DNA of 64,000 nt from Spirulina sp. (GCA_044070495.1 JBIPSI010000004.1:135577-199576); one strand, 5' to 3'. Numbered from the stretch's first letter, positions 21,297 to 32,051 are shown. Translations and numbers: made by a program. The notes: a model not told the origin generated them from the sequence alone.

Positions 21297-24200
21297 TTAC
21301 GGGATGGGCGGATGGTTTTGGAGGTGGGTGGCGCACTGGGCGCTGAGGTCGGGGTCGGGGCGAACACGCAGGAAGGATTGAATTTGGGTGCAGCCACGGG
21401 TAATGAGATCGTCAAGGCCGTTGTCAATGGGCCAAATGCGGTGGGTGTCATTGTCGAAATAAGTGACGATATATCGCTCATCTGGGGTAACGGAATCATG
21501 GCCAACCCTGCCAGGAAACTCAGCGAGAAGATCACCCCTAGGGCTCCAAATCCGGGTAATGCCATCAGCAGAGTTAGTCATGATATTGCCCATCCTCGGC
21601 GTAAAGGCGATGAACTCGCCCTCCAACAGCACCCCCTCCTGGTCAAGACTATCAAAGCTATACCACCGAGATTGGCCGTTGCTGGAGACGGTAATGAGGC
21701 CATCGGGCGTAAAGCCTGTAACCATGCCCTCCAACGGCATGCCCTCCCGGTCAAGACTATCAAAGCTATACCACCGAGATTGGCGGTCGCTACGGGAGTA
21801 GGTAGCAAAACCATCGGGCGTCAAGGTGCTGAACGCGCCCTCCAACGGCATGCCCTCCCAGGCAAGACCATCGAAGCTGTACCACCGAAATTGGCCGTCG
21901 CTAGGGGAGTAGGTAATCAAGCCATCGGGTATAAAGTCTCTGAACTCACCCTCCAGCGGCACGCCCTCCTGGTCAAGACCATCGAGGCTGTACCACCAGG
22001 ATTGGCCGTCGGAGACGGTAATCAAACCATCTTTATTGGGTGTAAAGGCCTGGAACCCACCCTCCAACGGCACGCCCTCCTGGTCGAGACCGTTGAGGCT
22101 GTACCACCAGGATTGGCCATCGCGCCAGGAGTAGGTAATCAAGCCATCTTTATTGGGTGTAAAGGCCTGGAACATACCCAAAAGCGGTACGCCCTCCTGG
22201 TCGAGACCATCGAGGCTGTACCACCAGGATTGGTCATCGCTAGAGGAGTAGGTAATCAAGCCATTGGGCGTAAACTCTCTGAACTCGCCCTTCAACGGGA
22301 TTCCTTCCTGGTCAAGACCATCCAGGCTGTACCACCAGGATTGGCCGTCGTTGGAGACAGTAATCAGGCCATTGGGCGTAGATTCTCTGAACGTGCCCTC
22401 TAACGGCACACCCTCCCGGTCGAGACCATCGAGGCTGTACCACCAGGATTGGGCATCGCTAGAGGAGTAGGTAATCAAGCCATAGGGCGTAAATTCTCTG
22501 AACTCGCCCTTCAACGGGATTCCTTCCTGGTCAAGATCATCCAGGCTGTACCACCGAGATTGGCCGTCGCCACGGGAGTAAGTAATCAGGCCATCGTTAT
22601 TGGGTGTAAAGTCTCTGAACTCACCCTCCAACGGCACGCCCTCCTGGTCAAGACCATCGAGGCTGTACCACCGAGATTGGCCGTCGTTGGAGACGGTAAT
22701 CAGGCCATCGCCCTTGGGTGTAAAGGTTCTGACCCTCCCTTTGCCTGGATAAAACGCAGATCGTAAGGATACAAAGTGAGTAATGTCACGAGTGCTGGAA
22801 ACGGTAATGAAGCCATCGTTCTTGGGCGTAAATTCTCTGAAGATGCCCACAAAGGACACCCCTTCCTGCTCTTGGCCATCGAAGCTGTACCACCGGGATT
22901 GGTGATCAAACAAGGATAAAGTAATCAGGCCATCGCCCTCAGGTGTAAAGGCCATAAACTCGCCCACAAATGGCCCCCGTTCCTGCTCTTGGCCATCGAA
23001 GCTGTACCACCGATACTGGCCATAACCGCTATAGGTAATCAGGCCATCGCCCTTGGGCGTAAATGCCTTAAACTTGCCCTCAAACGTCACTCGTTCCTGC
23101 TCTTGACCACCAAGGCTGTACCACCAGGATTGGCCATTAGAGGCGGTAATCAGGCCATCGCCCTCAGGTGTAAAGGCCATGAATTCGCCCACAAATGGCA
23201 CCCCCTCCTGGGAAAGACCATTGAGGCTGTACCACCGATACTGGCCATCGCTAGGGGAGAAGGTAATCAGGCCATCGCCCTTGGGCGTAAAGGCTCTGAA
23301 CTCGCCCTCAAACGTCACCCCCTCCTGCTCTTGGCCATCGAGGCTGTACCACCGGGATTGGCCGTCAGAGTAGGTAATCAGACCATCGCCATTGAGTGTA
23401 AAGGCTAGGAACTCACCCTCAAACGCCAGTGTCTCCGGTGAACTGTTGAGCACCAGCCTGAGGGCAAGAACAGGGCTATGGGCGGGATAGTTTTGCAGCG
23501 TGAGGAAGTGGCTAGGCTGGTCTCTGAGCAGTCCTTTCAAATCCAGTGCCATCTTTAAAGCCTGCTGCAACCCTTCAAAGGTTCTAATTCTCTCCTCTGG
23601 TAGCCGCAGAAAGGCCATACCAGCTTGCTCTAGGCGGGTTCCTCGTATGGCAATATCCCGCGCACCTGTCGCTGCATCTCTTGCGGCTTCGGCTTCGGCC
23701 TTAGCAATTTCTGCCCCATCATAGGCTCTCTGGGCCGCATCAGCCCGCCGCTCATTTTCATCCGCCAAACGACTAGCTATCAGCCGTTCCTGCTCCGCCT
23801 GCTGCCGCTCTCTCTCCGCCACCAATTTAGCCTGTCGTGCCGCTGCCGCCGTTTGTTGGGCTGTCGCTGCACCTTGCCTCACTCTCTCCATCTCGCTCTT
23901 ATTTTCCGCCAACTCTTCCCGGTTTTGCCGTAGTTCCTGCTTCTGTTCGACTAACTCTGTCTGGGCAGCAGCTAACTCTGTCTCGGCAGCAGCTACTGTT
24001 TGGCTAAGTTCTCTGGCCCGTGTACTACGTTCTCCTGCCACAGTAAAACTCACTATCGAAGCAACAATGCCCACGACCGAAATACCAGAGGCGATTTTGG
24101 CTAACCTAGATCGACTCTTGACCTTACGGGTCTTGTCCTGAAGCAGTATTTCCGCATCCTGAAGCTTTTTTCCCTGCTCCTGAAGCTGTATCTCAGCATC

Positions 24201-25622
24201 TTGACTCAGCCGTTCAAATTCCTGGCGCTTGGCTTCTGTCTGCTGGGTAATAACTTCCTTTTGCCGTAACGCTTCATCCTTTTGTCGTAATGCTTCATCC
24301 TTTTCCTGCAAGGCCAACTGCGCTTCCCGGTTCTCTAACTCATGACTCGCCCGGAAATAGCGCTGATCCTGATCGCCCAGCGCCCGATCCTTCGCCCACT
24401 CCTGGGCATCTGTTAAATCCTGGCCCTGAAGCAACAGCGACTCATCCATACAGCCTGATTGCACCCAAGCATTCAACCTCTCGGCATAGGGCCGCAGCCG
24501 ATCCAAGGTCTGCTGCACCCAGGTCTGGTTAAAAATATGTTGATAAATCGGGTTATAGACCCGGAGGTAGCCATCCTTCGCCACCACCAGCCCCGACAAC
24601 CGCAGTTCTATTTGGGCCTCGCTGTTATCCTGGGGCACCTGGCCCTGCTGCAATATTTCCCCATAGATGCCTAGGATCTGTCCGGTCAGCCGTTCTTGCC
24701 GCAGCAGCCGCTGGCGAATGGTGCCTAGGTGCGATTGCTCATCCGCCACCGCCCAGTTTTGCACTAGTTTTTCATCCACCAAAGCGGCAATGGCGGCAGC
24801 CTCATTCCCCGCCGCTATCCAGGGCAGGGCATCGGCCTTCTGGGCCTGCTCTTGCACCAGCTCACACAGCCGCTGGGTTAGGTAGGGCTGCCCCCCCGTC
24901 CAGGCAAAAATTTCGACCAGCACCCGCTGGGGGTCGGCCACCCAACCGGCCAACCCCTCTGCTAACCCCGCCGCATTCTCCAGGGGCAGGGGTGTTAGCT
25001 CAATGGCTGTGCCAATGTTAAAGGGCGTGCGGGTGGTATCACGAATTAGTTGCGAGGGGGTGGTCACCCCCAGCAGTACAAAGGTCAGGCGGTTGTAGTC
25101 GGGGTTATCAGCCCGGCGGTTATAGCAGGCGCGAATCCAGGCAAAAAAGTCGTCTGGTGGAAAATCTAGGGCCAACACCGTATCAACTTCATCAACAAAA
25201 ATGGTGATCGGCTGGTGAGGTCGCTGCACCAGCAGCACCTCGTCGATAAAGCGATCTAGCCGATATGCCGGGGTCACATCCCCCTGGCGGTTGTACCAGG
25301 CAACTAGCTCCAAGGGGTGCAGTAGCTCTAGGATACGGTTGAGTTCGCTGATCAGGGTGCGGTACCACTGGGCCGCCGTCACCTGATCTGCCCCAGGCCC
25401 GCTCAGGTCGAGGGATACACAACATCCCCCCTCCGCCTTCAGTCGCTTTTCCGTCCGCACCCGCAGGCTCGACTTGCCCATCTGCCGACAGTTAAACACA
25501 TAGACAAACTTGCCCGCTTTCACCGCCCGGTAAATAGCCTCATCGGCCTCCCGCTCCACATAGCTGGGGTCGTTGTAGGGCAGACTGCCGCTAGTTCGGT
25601 AGATGTAGGAGGAAAAGTCCAT
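21297..25622 (-). CDS. AAA_35 P-loop NTPase with TM helix, coiled coil and WD40-like beta-propeller repeats (NLR-like)
   Basis: YVEREAD, Walker A RQMGKSS, Walker B IFVDEVD, TPFNIG, WTGGQPYLTQ; hydrophobic segment; about 18 C-terminal blades. Confidence 0.88.
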   Translation of the reverse strand: MDFSSYIYRTSGSLPYNDPSYVEREADEAIYRAVKAGKFVYVFNCRQMGKSSLRVRTEKRLKAEGGCCVSLDLSGPGADQVTAAQWYRTLISELNRILELLHPLELVAWYNRQGDVTPAYRLDRFIDEVLLVQRPHQPITIFVDEVDTVLALDFPPDDFFAWIRACYNRRADNPDYNRLTFVLLGVTTPSQLIRDTTRTPFNIGTAIELTPLPLENAAGLAEGLAGWVADPQRVLVEIFAWTGGQPYLTQRLCELVQEQAQKADALPWIAAGNEAAAIAALVDEKLVQNWAVADEQSHLGTIRQRLLRQERLTGQILGIYGEILQQGQVPQDNSEAQIELRLSGLVVAKDGYLRVYNPIYQHIFNQTWVQQTLDRLRPYAERLNAWVQSGCMDESLLLQGQDLTDAQEWAKDRALGDQDQRYFRASHELENREAQLALQEKDEALRQKDEALRQKEVITQQTEAKRQEFERLSQDAEIQLQEQGKKLQDAEILLQDKTRKVKSRSRLAKIASGISVVGIVASIVSFTVAGERSTRARELSQTVAAAETELAAAQTELVEQKQELRQNREELAENKSEMERVRQGAATAQQTAAAARQAKLVAERERQQAEQERLIASRLADENERRADAAQRAYDGAEIAKAEAEAARDAATGARDIAIRGTRLEQAGMAFLRLPEERIRTFEGLQQALKMALDLKGLLRDQPSHFLTLQNYPAHSPVLALRLVLNSSPETLAFEGEFLAFTLNGDGLITYSDGQSRWYSLDGQEQEGVTFEGEFRAFTPKGDGLITFSPSDGQYRWYSLNGLSQEGVPFVGEFMAFTPEGDGLITASNGQSWWYSLGGQEQERVTFEGKFKAFTPKGDGLITYSGYGQYRWYSFDGQEQERGPFVGEFMAFTPEGDGLITLSLFDHQSRWYSFDGQEQEGVSFVGIFREFTPKNDGFITVSSTRDITHFVSLRSAFYPGKGRVRTFTPKGDGLITVSNDGQSRWYSLDGLDQEGVPLEGEFRDFTPNNDGLITYSRGDGQSRWYSLDDLDQEGIPLKGEFREFTPYGLITYSSSDAQSWWYSLDGLDREGVPLEGTFRESTPNGLITVSNDGQSWWYSLDGLDQEGIPLKGEFREFTPNGLITYSSSDDQSWWYSLDGLDQEGVPLLGMFQAFTPNKDGLITYSWRDGQSWWYSLNGLDQEGVPLEGGFQAFTPNKDGLITVSDGQSWWYSLDGLDQEGVPLEGEFRDFIPDGLITYSPSDGQFRWYSFDGLAWEGMPLEGAFSTLTPDGFATYSRSDRQSRWYSFDSLDREGMPLEGMVTGFTPDGLITVSSNGQSRWYSFDSLDQEGVLLEGEFIAFTPRMGNIMTNSADGITRIWSPRGDLLAEFPGRVGHDSVTPDERYIVTYFDNDTHRIWPIDNGLDDLITRGCTQIQSFLRVRPDPDLSAQCATHLQNHPPIP
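21400..23430 (-). repeat. Intragenic array of ~36-39 aa near-identical WD40-like repeats
   Basis: 15 units of FTPxxDGLITxSxxDGQSxWYSLDGxxQEGVPLEGEF plus 3 degenerate blades; DNA-level repeats are obvious (e.g. GCTGTACCACC). Confidence 0.9.
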
Positions 25623-25708
25623 GGGGGTTGGGGGGTGAAAGGGAACTGTTCACAAGGCAGAGGGCCAGATCGCCCATCCAAAACTTTGACTTTTGACTTT
25701 TGAATGCT

Positions 25709-27082
25709 CTAACCCAACAAGCGGCCCTGGAAATAGCGTTGATAGAGTTGGCAACTAACGGTCACGGTGTCGTTTTGGCGAGTGACTAGGCCCATGCCTT
25801 CCAGCTTTTTGGCGGTAGTGTCATCCATGGCGATGGGTTTACCCTGGGCGGCAATGACGGCATCAAAGGCCGAGGCCAGATCTGGGGCATTGCCTAGCTT
25901 GCCCGTTAGCGTTCGCAGGTGGTTGCCGTAGATTTGGGTGGGGCTGGTGGCAACCTTGGCCAATTCAGCCATGGATAGGTTGCTATCTTGATGCAAGGAA
26001 TACAGCGCCAACTGCACCAAATAGGGATGTCCGGCCACCAGATCCATCAGGGTTTGGGCATCGGCCCCGGTGAATTGGAACAGGCCGTACTGCTGGGCTA
26101 GGGTTTGAATCTGGCTGAGGCTGAGGGGCAGGAGTGTGATGGCCGTACCCACATTAAAGGGCGATCCATAGTAGCCCCCTAGGTCGATGTAAACATCGGT
26201 GGCGTAGACCATCACCTGACGAAGGTTTTGCCAAACCTCCGAGACCTTGCCCTCCTCCGACCAGCCCCGCACCAGCCTAAAAAAGGCCTGGGCGGTTTGG
26301 GGATATTCAAACAAGCGGTCGGCCTCGTCAATCGCCACCACCAGGGGTTGGTCAAGATTTCTTAAAATATAGCGTTGCAGATAGCTGGAGCAACTGCTGG
26401 TATGGCCCTGTTGGGTGCTCCAGTAGTCCTCTAGGTTGGGAGGCAAGCCCACCTTCTCGCTCACCTGCAAGCAAAACCAATGTAGAAACCGCTCTAAGTC
26501 TTGCAAAATATCAGACTCAGGCTTGTATAGCCCGACAATAGCCGTGTAGTACTGCTGGGCCTGGGCAGAATGTATCATCCGGTTGAGCAACGAGGTTTTG
26601 CCCGTCCTGCGGGGGCCACGGATACGCACCAAGGCGGCTGGATCGGATATTCGGAGGGCTTTCCTTTCGGCTAGGGGACGGTTGATGTAGAAGCGTGAAT
26701 CCACGGTGAATGGGCGACCAGGGAAATCGGGCTGTTCTGCCTGGGTGCCCAGTTTTTCTTTCCACCCAGGGCCAACCTTCTCAGGGAGGTGCTGCAAAAA
26801 GTCTTCTACTAGGTCATTCCGATAGGAGTAGAATTCGCCGTCGCCATTGCTATAGCCAAAGGCTTTACAGATGTTAGAGATGTGTCGGCGAACGTTGGGC
26901 TGACCACATATGAGGGTTGCCGCAATCTCCGCAATGGTTTTGTCATCGAGGAACAGCCACAGTATTTTTTTCTGTCCAGGGGTTAGCGTCTCCAGGCAGT
27001 CGTCAAATTCTTCGCGGGTCATGGGGCTATTGAGTAGGGGGCTTACCCGATCACTACATAGGGTCATCACCAAACTCCGCAC
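25709..27082 (-). CDS. HTH-AAA_35 NTPase (LuxR/sigma-like HTH fused to AAA_35)
   Basis: LTPGQKKIL...IAEIA...NVRRHISNIC HTH; GPRRTGKTS; IDEAD; SPFNVG; GHPYLVQ. True start may be ATG ~27022. Confidence 0.85.
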   Translation of the reverse strand: MRSLVMTLCSDRVSPLLNSPMTREEFDDCLETLTPGQKKILWLFLDDKTIAEIAATLICGQPNVRRHISNICKAFGYSNGDGEFYSYRNDLVEDFLQHLPEKVGPGWKEKLGTQAEQPDFPGRPFTVDSRFYINRPLAERKALRISDPAALVRIRGPRRTGKTSLLNRMIHSAQAQQYYTAIVGLYKPESDILQDLERFLHWFCLQVSEKVGLPPNLEDYWSTQQGHTSSCSSYLQRYILRNLDQPLVVAIDEADRLFEYPQTAQAFFRLVRGWSEEGKVSEVWQNLRQVMVYATDVYIDLGGYYGSPFNVGTAITLLPLSLSQIQTLAQQYGLFQFTGADAQTLMDLVAGHPYLVQLALYSLHQDSNLSMAELAKVATSPTQIYGNHLRTLTGKLGNAPDLASAFDAVIAAQGKPIAMDDTTAKKLEGMGLVTRQNDTVTVSCQLYQRYFQGRLLG

Positions 27083-27309
27083 AAATCAAGGATTGCTATC
27101 TCTGTTTTACGCTCCACGTCAGCATTCGATGGCTTTGTGAGCAAAAACTCACGGATTTTGGCATTCGAGGGTTTGCCCTAGCCCCCCGGTTTGCCCTGCC
27201 GCCCCCAGTGATCGTAGTTACCAACAGATCCCAGTCACGCTAGGGATTCAAGGGATGCTTGTCGTGTCCTCAACCGGACATTGTTGTCATCGCTCTGGAG
27301 ACCATCACC

Positions 27310-27519
27310 ATGTGTCATCGCCGTTGTGGGTGTTCCCATTGTTGCTCTAGCTGCGGCTGTGATTGTGGTCACGACTGCAACGATGGCCCCAATGGGGTTG
27401 GGATATTTTTCATGATTTTCTTCGTGTTGGCCTTTGCCATTTTGTTGGCTGGCTGCACAGAACCAGAGGGTAATCATCGAGTCAGCCTGTCTTTTCCTGA
27501 GCATAAAGCGTTGGCCTAA
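27310..27519 (+). CDS. Small Cys/His-rich membrane protein (hypothetical)
   Basis: GGAG about 10 nt upstream; MCHRRCGCSHCCSSCGCDCGHDC, then a hydrophobic helix ending LLAGC. Confidence 0.55.
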   Translation: MCHRRCGCSHCCSSCGCDCGHDCNDGPNGVGIFFMIFFVLAFAILLAGCTEPEGNHRVSLSFPEHKALA

Positions 27520-27715
27520 TTCTGCCTTTTTAGGGCTCTATTTTGCGCCACCCAAGTTACAGATTCTGTTCTCTATTTTTGTTGATTGCCATGATTCGTC
27601 GATTTTTTCTACGCCATCGCGTGACCGACCCAGAGGGGCGCGAAGCAGCGTTGTGGGTTGTGTTGTTGATGCGGTTTGCCTAAGTCAACGTTCATCTATC
27701 GTTTGGGGCCATGCC

Positions 27716-27961
27716 ATGTCTATTTTTTCCCCAGCCCGTTCAATCGAGTACTTCGACCATCCGGTTAGCGGGCAAGTAACCCAGACCATTCAGGGCAATC
27801 GCCTTGGCCAAGTGTTCTGCGACGGCACCCACTGGCGAGCCAAGCTGGCAGGTTGGATGCTCGATGAGGTGATCACCCTGTCCGTTGGAGAGTGTGTTGC
27901 GGTTGTGGGTCGCCAGGGCAACATCCTGGTGGTCAGCAGCGATTGGATCAATGGGCTATAG
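27716..27961 (+). CDS. NfeD-like OB-fold protein (short cyanobacterial form)
   Basis: GQV...GQVFCDGTHWRAKL...L..GE.V.VVGRQGNILVV. Confidence 0.75.
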   Translation: MSIFSPARSIEYFDHPVSGQVTQTIQGNRLGQVFCDGTHWRAKLAGWMLDEVITLSVGECVAVVGRQGNILVVSSDWINGL

Positions 27962-28181
27962 CCAGGTCGCTCCTGGATTAGTCCTGCCTCAGCGCCGCCA
28001 ACCTGCCGGGTGTTGTGCGGCCAGGGTTTGAACGTACCCGGTTTGTGCGAGTTACGGAATCGATTCAACCACCCGTTGGATGCCGGGGACACCGTCGGGC
28101 CTTTCCCTTTCCCCACTTGAGTCTGAAGCGCTTCAGCCCCTTGTCTGCACTCATATTTCTCAACTTTTTTGGAGCTTAATC

Positions 28182-29921
28182 ATGATGCAACGCACGTTTG
28201 TGGCGATGATGGCGCTTGGCCTGATGGCCGCTCAGGGGTCTACCGTTCTGGCCCAAGGGATTCCCCTCGTCCTGGATCAGCCCACCCCCTTCCCCCCGCG
28301 TCAGGCTGAGCTTGCCGCCGAGGGTGCACCCACCCTGGCCGAACCCACCCTATTGGTCGCCTTTGAGGCCGATGTTTCTGCCACCCTGGCCGCAGTTACC
28401 CTGGCCCCTTTGGGGTTGGAGTTGGTGCAGCCCCTGCGCTTTACCGAGTTGAACCTGTGGCTGGTGAAGGCCAAGCCGGATCGGCCCGATATCCATCTGA
28501 CCCATTTCAAGGCGTCGCTACAACAGTTGCCGGGGGTGCTTTCGGTGGAGTTTAATCCGGGTCAGACCAGCGCTGCCACCCTGGATATCCTGCCCCATGC
28601 CGGGGTATCCGGGGAAATCGCCAATCCCCAGGCCCAGGCTTGGCATGTGGATAGTCGGCCCTACCGAGGGCAACGGCTGCCCCGCGTGGATGTGCAGGCT
28701 CCGGAGGCCTGGGAGATCGGGCAACAGGGCCGCCAGGTCACGGTTGCGGTTATCGACAGCACCATCCAGTGGGATCATCCCGACTTGGTAAACCAGGTGA
28801 TGTGCTTGGGGGAGGACGATGAACCCCTGCTTCCCGACGAAACCTGCGGCTACGACTTTGTGGAGGAGGATGGCGATACCCGCCTGAGCCCCACCGAGAT
28901 TGAAGCCCTGCGGCCTGGGTTCCAGGATAGTTTTCAACTGAGTGATCGCGAGTTGTTGCGCCAATATCCCCACCTGGCCCAGCGGTTTGGCCATCTTCCC
29001 CATCGGCAACAGGTGGCCGAAGTGCGCCACCGCCTCCGGCAACGGGTGGAGTCTGCTTTTCATGGCACTTGGGTTGCCGGAGTCATCGCCGCCCAAGGGG
29101 AAGGGGGCCATGGCTTGATGGGGGTTGCTCCCCAGGCCCAAATCCTCCCTGTGCGGGTGTTTGATGTCTATGGCGGCACCACCACCGCACGGCTGATTGA
29201 GGCCACGGGCTATGCCGCTGCCCGTGGGGTCGATGTTATCAACCTCAGCCTCGGTGCCCTGATCCCCCACCCCACCCTGACCCAGCATCTCTTTGCCTTG
29301 CAGGATGCCTACCCTAACCTGGTGATTGTGGCCTCGGCGGGCAACGAAAACCTGGATGGGGCGGGCTTCCCGGCGGGCGTGCCGGGGGTGCTTTCGGTGG
29401 GGGCCACCACCCTAGAGGGTCAGCGTGCGCCCTATTCCAACTATGGCGCACAGGTGGATCTGGTGGCACCGGGGGGCGATCTCAGCCGGGGTGAGCGCGG
29501 CGGCATCCTCACCACCAGCGGTACTTGGATTCCGGCCCTGTGGGAAGGGCTAGCGGTGCCAGAACAGGGGGATGCGTCCACCGGGTACTATGCTCAGGTG
29601 CAGGGTACGTCCTTCGCGGCTCCGGCAGTGGCGGGGGTGGTGGCTCTCATGCGCAGCGAAGACCCCCACCATCGGGTCAGCCGGGAGGCATTGATCGCTC
29701 GCCTGAAGGAAAGCGCCACCTACGAGGCCATCTCCCTGACGGACGCCGATCAGGCCCACTATCGGCTGCAAAGGGATCTAGGGTTTAATACCCTGCTTGA
29801 CCTACCTTTCGTGCGGATTTCGGGAATTTATCCCCCAAAAACCCCAGTGAGTGCAGAGCAGTACTACTTTGGGGCGGGTTTGGTGAATGCGTTGCGAGCC
29901 GTACAGGCGATGCAGCGCTAG
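28182..29921 (+). CDS. Secreted S8 family subtilase
   Basis: Signal peptide; catalytic triad VAVIDS / HGTWVAG / GTSFAAP; oxyanion SAGN; RBS GGAG before ATG 28182. Confidence 0.9.
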   Translation: MMQRTFVAMMALGLMAAQGSTVLAQGIPLVLDQPTPFPPRQAELAAEGAPTLAEPTLLVAFEADVSATLAAVTLAPLGLELVQPLRFTELNLWLVKAKPDRPDIHLTHFKASLQQLPGVLSVEFNPGQTSAATLDILPHAGVSGEIANPQAQAWHVDSRPYRGQRLPRVDVQAPEAWEIGQQGRQVTVAVIDSTIQWDHPDLVNQVMCLGEDDEPLLPDETCGYDFVEEDGDTRLSPTEIEALRPGFQDSFQLSDRELLRQYPHLAQRFGHLPHRQQVAEVRHRLRQRVESAFHGTWVAGVIAAQGEGGHGLMGVAPQAQILPVRVFDVYGGTTTARLIEATGYAAARGVDVINLSLGALIPHPTLTQHLFALQDAYPNLVIVASAGNENLDGAGFPAGVPGVLSVGATTLEGQRAPYSNYGAQVDLVAPGGDLSRGERGGILTTSGTWIPALWEGLAVPEQGDASTGYYAQVQGTSFAAPAVAGVVALMRSEDPHHRVSREALIARLKESATYEAISLTDADQAHYRLQRDLGFNTLLDLPFVRISGIYPPKTPVSAEQYYFGAGLVNALRAVQAMQR

Positions 29922-29950
29922 GCTAGCACTGCTCAAGGCACTGGTTCTGT

Positions 29951-29983
29951 GGGGGATGTCATACCGGGTGGCATCCCCCTTTT
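29951..29983 (+). terminator. Intrinsic terminator after subtilase
   Basis: GGGGGATGTCA...TGGCATCCCCC hairpin followed by TTTT. Confidence 0.65.
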
Positions 29984-30151
29984 CCTACCGTCCTCCCAGG
30001 CCAAGGCTTTAGGGCTACGACTTAGCCTAAAACCGACATATCTGGCCTTCCTGGCGTTTGTGCCTCCGGGAACCTGTCTGTGGGTCAGGTAAGATGGCGG
30101 TTCTACTGTGAGCGTTTCGTCTGGCGGTTCTCGCTGTATTCAGATTTTCAA

Positions 30152-31963
30152 ATGGTGTCTACCCCGTTACCCATGCCCACTCCCTCCAAACCGCCCCATC
30201 CCCTGCGCCGTTTGTTGCGCTATGGCCGTCAGTATCGCCGTCGGGTGTGGCTGGCCAGTGTTTGTTCGGTGCTGAACAAAGCCTTCGACCTCGCGCCCCC
30301 GGTGTTAATTGGTTTGGCGGTGGATGTGGTGGTGCAGCAGCAGGATTCCTGGATTGCCCGTTGGGGTATTGCGTCGATTCCGGGGCAATTTGTGGCCTTG
30401 ACGCTACTGACGGTGGTGATTTGGGGGCTGGAATCGACCTTTGAGTATGCCTACGATGTGCTGTGGCGCAATCTGGCCCAGTCCATCCAAAAAGACCTAC
30501 GGGTAGAAGCCTATGCCCACCTGCAAAGCCTGGATATGGTCTACTTTGAAGACCGCAGCAGTGGCCGCCTGATGGCGGTGCTGAATGACGACATCAACCA
30601 GCTCGAACGCTTTTTAGACCGAGGGGCAAATGAAGTTCTCCAGGTGATTACGACGGTGATTTTGATTGGGGGGGCGTTCTTTGTGCTGGCTCCCCAGGTG
30701 GCGTGGCTGGCGATGCTGCCCATGCCCGTGATTGTTTGGGGGGCGGTGGCCTTTCAAAACAAGCTGGCCCCCCGCTACGCCGATGTGCGCGAAAAAGTGA
30801 GTTTGCTGAACAGCCGCCTCTCGAACAACCTCAGCGGCATGGTAACGATCAAAAGCTTCACCGCCGAAGACTACGAAATCCAGCGCATTCAGGCCGAAAG
30901 CGAAGCCTATCGCCTCAGCAACCAGCGGGCCATTGCCCTCAGTGCGCTGTTTATTCCGCTGATTCGCGTCCTCATCCTATTTGGCTTCACCGCCACCCTG
31001 GTCTATGGCGGCTTGGCCACCGTGGCCGGACAAATGGCCGTCGGCACCTACAGCGTCCTCGTGTTCCTCACCCAGCGCTTGCTGTGGCCCCTGACCCGTT
31101 TGGGCGAAACCTTCGACCAATACCAGCGGGCCATGGCTTCGACGAACCGGGTGATGGATTTGCTGGATGCGCCGATTGTCCTGACGCCCGGTTCCCTGCG
31201 CGTGCCCGTCAGCGAAATCCGGGGCGACATCCGCTTCGAGAATGTCAGCTTTGCCTACCCCGACCGCCCCCCCGTGGTCGAAAACTTGACCCTAAAAGTC
31301 CCCGCTGGGCAAACCGTCGCCATTGTGGGGTCTACCGGGTCGGGCAAAAGCACCCTCGTAAAGCTGCTGCTGCGGTTCTACGACGTTAGCCAAGGCCAGA
31401 TCGTCCTAGACGGGGTGGATATCCGCGACATCAACCCCACCGACCTGCGCCGAGGCATTGGCCTAGTCAGCCAGGATGTGTTTCTGTTCCACGGCACCGT
31501 GGCGGAAAACATCACCTACGGCACCTTCGCCGCCAGTAGAGAAGAAGTCATCCAAGCCGCCAAACTAGCCGAGGCCCACGAGTTCATCCAAACCCTGCCC
31601 CAGGGCTACGATACCCTCGTCGGCGAACGGGGCCAAAAGCTCTCTGGAGGCCAACGCCAGCGCATCGCCATCGCCAGGGCCATCCTCAAAAATCCGCCCA
31701 TTTTGGTACTCGATGAAGCCACCTCAGCGGTCGATAACGAAACCGAAGCCGCCATCCAGCGCTCCCTCGACACTATCACCCAAAACCGCACGACCATCGC
31801 CATCGCCCACCGCCTCTCCACCATCCGCAACGCCCACCAAATTTATGTGATGGAGGACGGCCAACTGGTGGAATCCGGTACCCATGAGGAATTGCTATCT
31901 CACCAGGGCATCTACGCCAGCTTATGGCAAGTGCAAATGGGGCAACGGGATCGGTTGGCTTAG
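30152..31963 (+). CDS. ABC exporter, fused permease/ATPase (MsbA-like family)
   Basis: Multi-TM N-terminal domain; [32 protein letters not shown]. Confidence 0.9.
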   Translation: MVSTPLPMPTPSKPPHPLRRLLRYGRQYRRRVWLASVCSVLNKAFDLAPPVLIGLAVDVVVQQQDSWIARWGIASIPGQFVALTLLTVVIWGLESTFEYAYDVLWRNLAQSIQKDLRVEAYAHLQSLDMVYFEDRSSGRLMAVLNDDINQLERFLDRGANEVLQVITTVILIGGAFFVLAPQVAWLAMLPMPVIVWGAVAFQNKLAPRYADVREKVSLLNSRLSNNLSGMVTIKSFTAEDYEIQRIQAESEAYRLSNQRAIALSALFIPLIRVLILFGFTATLVYGGLATVAGQMAVGTYSVLVFLTQRLLWPLTRLGETFDQYQRAMASTNRVMDLLDAPIVLTPGSLRVPVSEIRGDIRFENVSFAYPDRPPVVENLTLKVPAGQTVAIVGSTGSGKSTLVKLLLRFYDVSQGQIVLDGVDIRDINPTDLRRGIGLVSQDVFLFHGTVAENITYGTFAASREEVIQAAKLAEAHEFIQTLPQGYDTLVGERGQKLSGGQRQRIAIARAILKNPPILVLDEATSAVDNETEAAIQRSLDTITQNRTTIAIAHRLSTIRNAHQIYVMEDGQLVESGTHEELLSHQGIYASLWQVQMGQRDRLA

Positions 31964-31965
31964 CT

Positions 31966-32051
31966 AGTAGGTTGGGTGGCGCGATAGCAGAACCCAACAA
32001 GCCCTAAACCCTTGGTGAGCGTTGGGTTTCGCTTCGCTGCACCCAACCTCC
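31966..32051. repeat. GTAG-type REP doublet (REPIN-like)
   Basis: GTAGGTTGGGT...AACCCAAC - spacer - GTTGGGTTT...ACCCAACCT; an inverted relative lies at 56277-56361. Confidence 0.7.

Noticed and set aside
21270..23408. Long plus-strand ORFs with repeats (377, 105 and 139 aa)
   Set aside because: Antisense shadows of the repeat region of the AAA_35-propeller gene
21400..23430. Possible diversity-generating retroelement target
   Set aside because: No reverse transcriptase or separate template repeat in the window; variation includes indels and does not look adenine-restricted
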